From NCBI GenBank assembly GCA_977016875.1, contig CDRNST010000233.1:2108001-2172000 (forward strand): DNA of 64,000 nucleotides, given 5' to 3'. The notes beneath the pieces were generated by a model that saw only the letters and a program-made list of their open reading frames with translations, ran no database searches and was not told the DNA's origin. Positions 61,782-64,000 of this stretch are shown here, in pieces. A program made the position numbers and the translations under genes. Origin of the DNA: Pavona decussata (taxonomy: Eukaryota). How positions within the stretch are numbered: the stretch's first letter is position 1; each line of letters begins with the position of its first letter.

Positions 61782-63691
61782 TTACTTGACATACAACAAG
61801 CCATCAAGGTTGTGATATATCCCAAGGCTGTCATATGCCGGATTTTGAGGACAAGGATAACCATATAAGGCACGTCTGCCGGCCCCTGTTTGGAATCAAC
61901 AAAGAGAACCGTATAATCAACATTTATCTTTTTTTTAACGATTTAGTTGATAACAGTTGTAATATTCCCCTCATACTTGTAGTAGAGAAATGAGCGTTCT
62001 TGCTCAGGGACACAGGAACACAGTGCCAACACAATAGCCAGGGGATTAACGTAATCAAAATTGATGACATCATCATCTAAAAATAGAATAAATGTTCTGG
62101 CACAGGGACACAGGGACACAGTGCCATCACAATAGACCATTTTCGAGTTGCTTTGAACCTCATTATGAAAGCGAGGCTAAGTGCAAACAAAACTAATTTT
62201 AATATGAAAAGTTATGCACTTAGCCTCGCTTTCATAGTGAAGTTCACAGCAACTCGGAAATGGCCTATAGCCCCGGGATTAACGTCATTAAAAACTGATG
62301 ACATCATCATCTAAAAATAGAATGATCGTTTTGAGGAGGGGACACAGGGACATAGTGACGTGACAATAGCTCGGGGTTAACCCCACGATAACATCATAGT
62401 TTAAAATAGATTAAAATTAAGCTTCCCCGCCACGACAAGGCACACCACCGGGGGGAATCACTGAAAATGTATGATTACTACTGAAACTCACAATTCGTGA
62501 ATAATGTGCTCGGCAGTAATCGCTTTTTCATACGCTTACGGACAATGAAAATAGACTACTGTATACAAATGAATGAACAACCTTACTCCCGGTTATCTTC
62601 GAGAATGATTTCAACACCGTTCAAAAATTCACCAAAGGAACACCAGGCAAAATAATGACCTCACACTGCCCAAGTGTAGGCTTGCGAAAGGCCAAAGGGC
62701 TTTCACCTTCGGTGGAGGAAAAAAATCGACAATCATTTATCGAAGCATATCAGAAACACGGGAAAACCTAGCGTTTTTAAAAAAGAGACCTTTTAAGAAT
62801 CTTTTCAATTCATCGTTTTTTTATTATCGTATTTTTTTCTTTCTCTCTAAATAGTTTTCATTATTGTTATTATTATCTTTATTTTCATGTATGACGGAAG
62901 AGCCCCCCAAGGGAAGCTATACAATAAAGTATGTATGTTATATACTATATGACATCATGCATCCAAAAATAACTTCAAAAACCTGTCAAACCGGTAATTT
63001 CGCCCACATGTTAAGTCGAACAATGATAAACACTAACTGACTCCAAATTCAAGAAACTGTTTTATCCTTAAAATGTTCTCTTTATAATAAAAAAATCTGT
63101 AGACCGCTGTGGTTAAAAATAAGTCTATGGCATAATTTTAATCTATTTTAAACTATGATGTTATCGTGGGGTTAATCCCCGAGCTATTGTCACGTCACTA
63201 TGTCCCTGTGTCCCCTCCTCAAAACGATCATTCTATTTTTAGATGATGATGTCATCAATTTTGATTACGTTAATCCCCTGGCTATTGTGTTGGCACTGTG
63301 TCCCTGTGAACGCTCATTTCTCTACTACTCATACTTCAGTGATTAATGAACTATATAGGCATGTATGATGGTGTTAGATAACTTTGTATCGTGCTCAGTG
63401 ACTAGGAATAAAAGTAATCATCTATTGAAACACGCCGTTTTTCAGGAGGCTGATGTATTTAGCGGAGGGAATTGGCCCTAAGTAAATTGTTTTCTCCACT
63501 TGCGTGCTTTTCAGATTGTTCGTTAAATTTTGGTTTATTAAATTAAAACAAATACTCCGACTAACAGTCTGAGAAAGCAAATCAAATCCTTTCATTATTA
63601 CTGATTTAGTGAACAATACTTTTATTTGGCTTACTCAAGCTTGTTGACCACCATATAGATCCACACTGACCATCATCGTGTCCATCAAAAA
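61782..63691 (-). CDS. Last two exons of a second PAN/fibrinogen-related paralog (remainder beyond window end)
   Basis: Exons 63691-63635 (VFDGHDDGQCGSIWWSTSL) and 61885-61782 (RAGRRALYGYPCPQNPAYDSLGIYHNLDGLLYVK*), with the same lengths and splice sites as the 51090-54219 gene. Confidence 0.8.
61979..63328. mobile_element. Foldback-like non-autonomous DNA transposon with modular long TIRs and 8-bp TSD; nested MITE at ~62133-62268
   Basis: TIR gtagtagagaaatgagcgttc / gaacgctcatttctctactac; TSD tcatactt (61971-61978, 63329-63336); ~90-bp subrepeats in the arms. Absent in the first paralog's intron. Confidence 0.8.
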
Positions 63692-64000
63692 CTAATATCA
63701 AGAAGCAGAAAAGAACGATATCAAAGAAGAGACGGTCACTAAACATAACCTGTTAGTAAATAACAAAACAAGCTTGGAGCGGGTAACAATATAGTTAAAA
63801 ACCTTCAATGTTTAAATCAACATTTTGTTATCTATGAAGACGATTTTCAGGCAGATTAAAATATCCAACTTCCTTCGCCTATCAGCAAAGACATAACATG
63901 AAAACAAAAACAGAAGCGCCAAGGACGCTTTCCCTGAATGAAACACTCTTAATTCTTGGTCACCTTCTCTTGCGTTCGGCTGCTTAGTGTTCAGGTGGAG

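Overview
Eukaryotic, intron-rich and repeat-rich DNA. The gene and repeat types point to a cnidarian, probably a stony coral; this is inference. Five intact spliced genes were reconstructed by hand, all with GT-AG introns and consistent phases. Two are tandem paralogs encoding membrane-anchored DUF885-family zinc-peptidase-like proteins (7874-16055 and 22351-32089). The others are a secreted coiled-coil + pentraxin protein (33867-37145), a two-exon zinc metallo-phospholipase C of the Legionella PlcA/B/C - Pseudomonas/fungal type (43984-46717), and a minus-strand secreted PAN/apple + fibrinogen-related protein (51090-54219). The last two exons of a paralog of that last gene lie at 61782-63691. 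The window also holds a frameshifted trypsin-like protease pseudogene, LINE/SINE fragments and many MITE/foldback elements with target-site duplications. Penelope-type insertions carry minimal hammerhead-ribozyme motifs: one sense-strand inside a DUF885 intron and one with a U3-A8 variant core. Most notable are two bacterial-type enzyme families present as intron-containing animal genes next to innate-immune lectin genes, amino-acid-biased divergence around the DUF885 metal site, the ribozymes, and a tiny TIR element whose interior copies 29 nt of a neighbouring element. No database searches were possible, so family calls rest on motif recognition.
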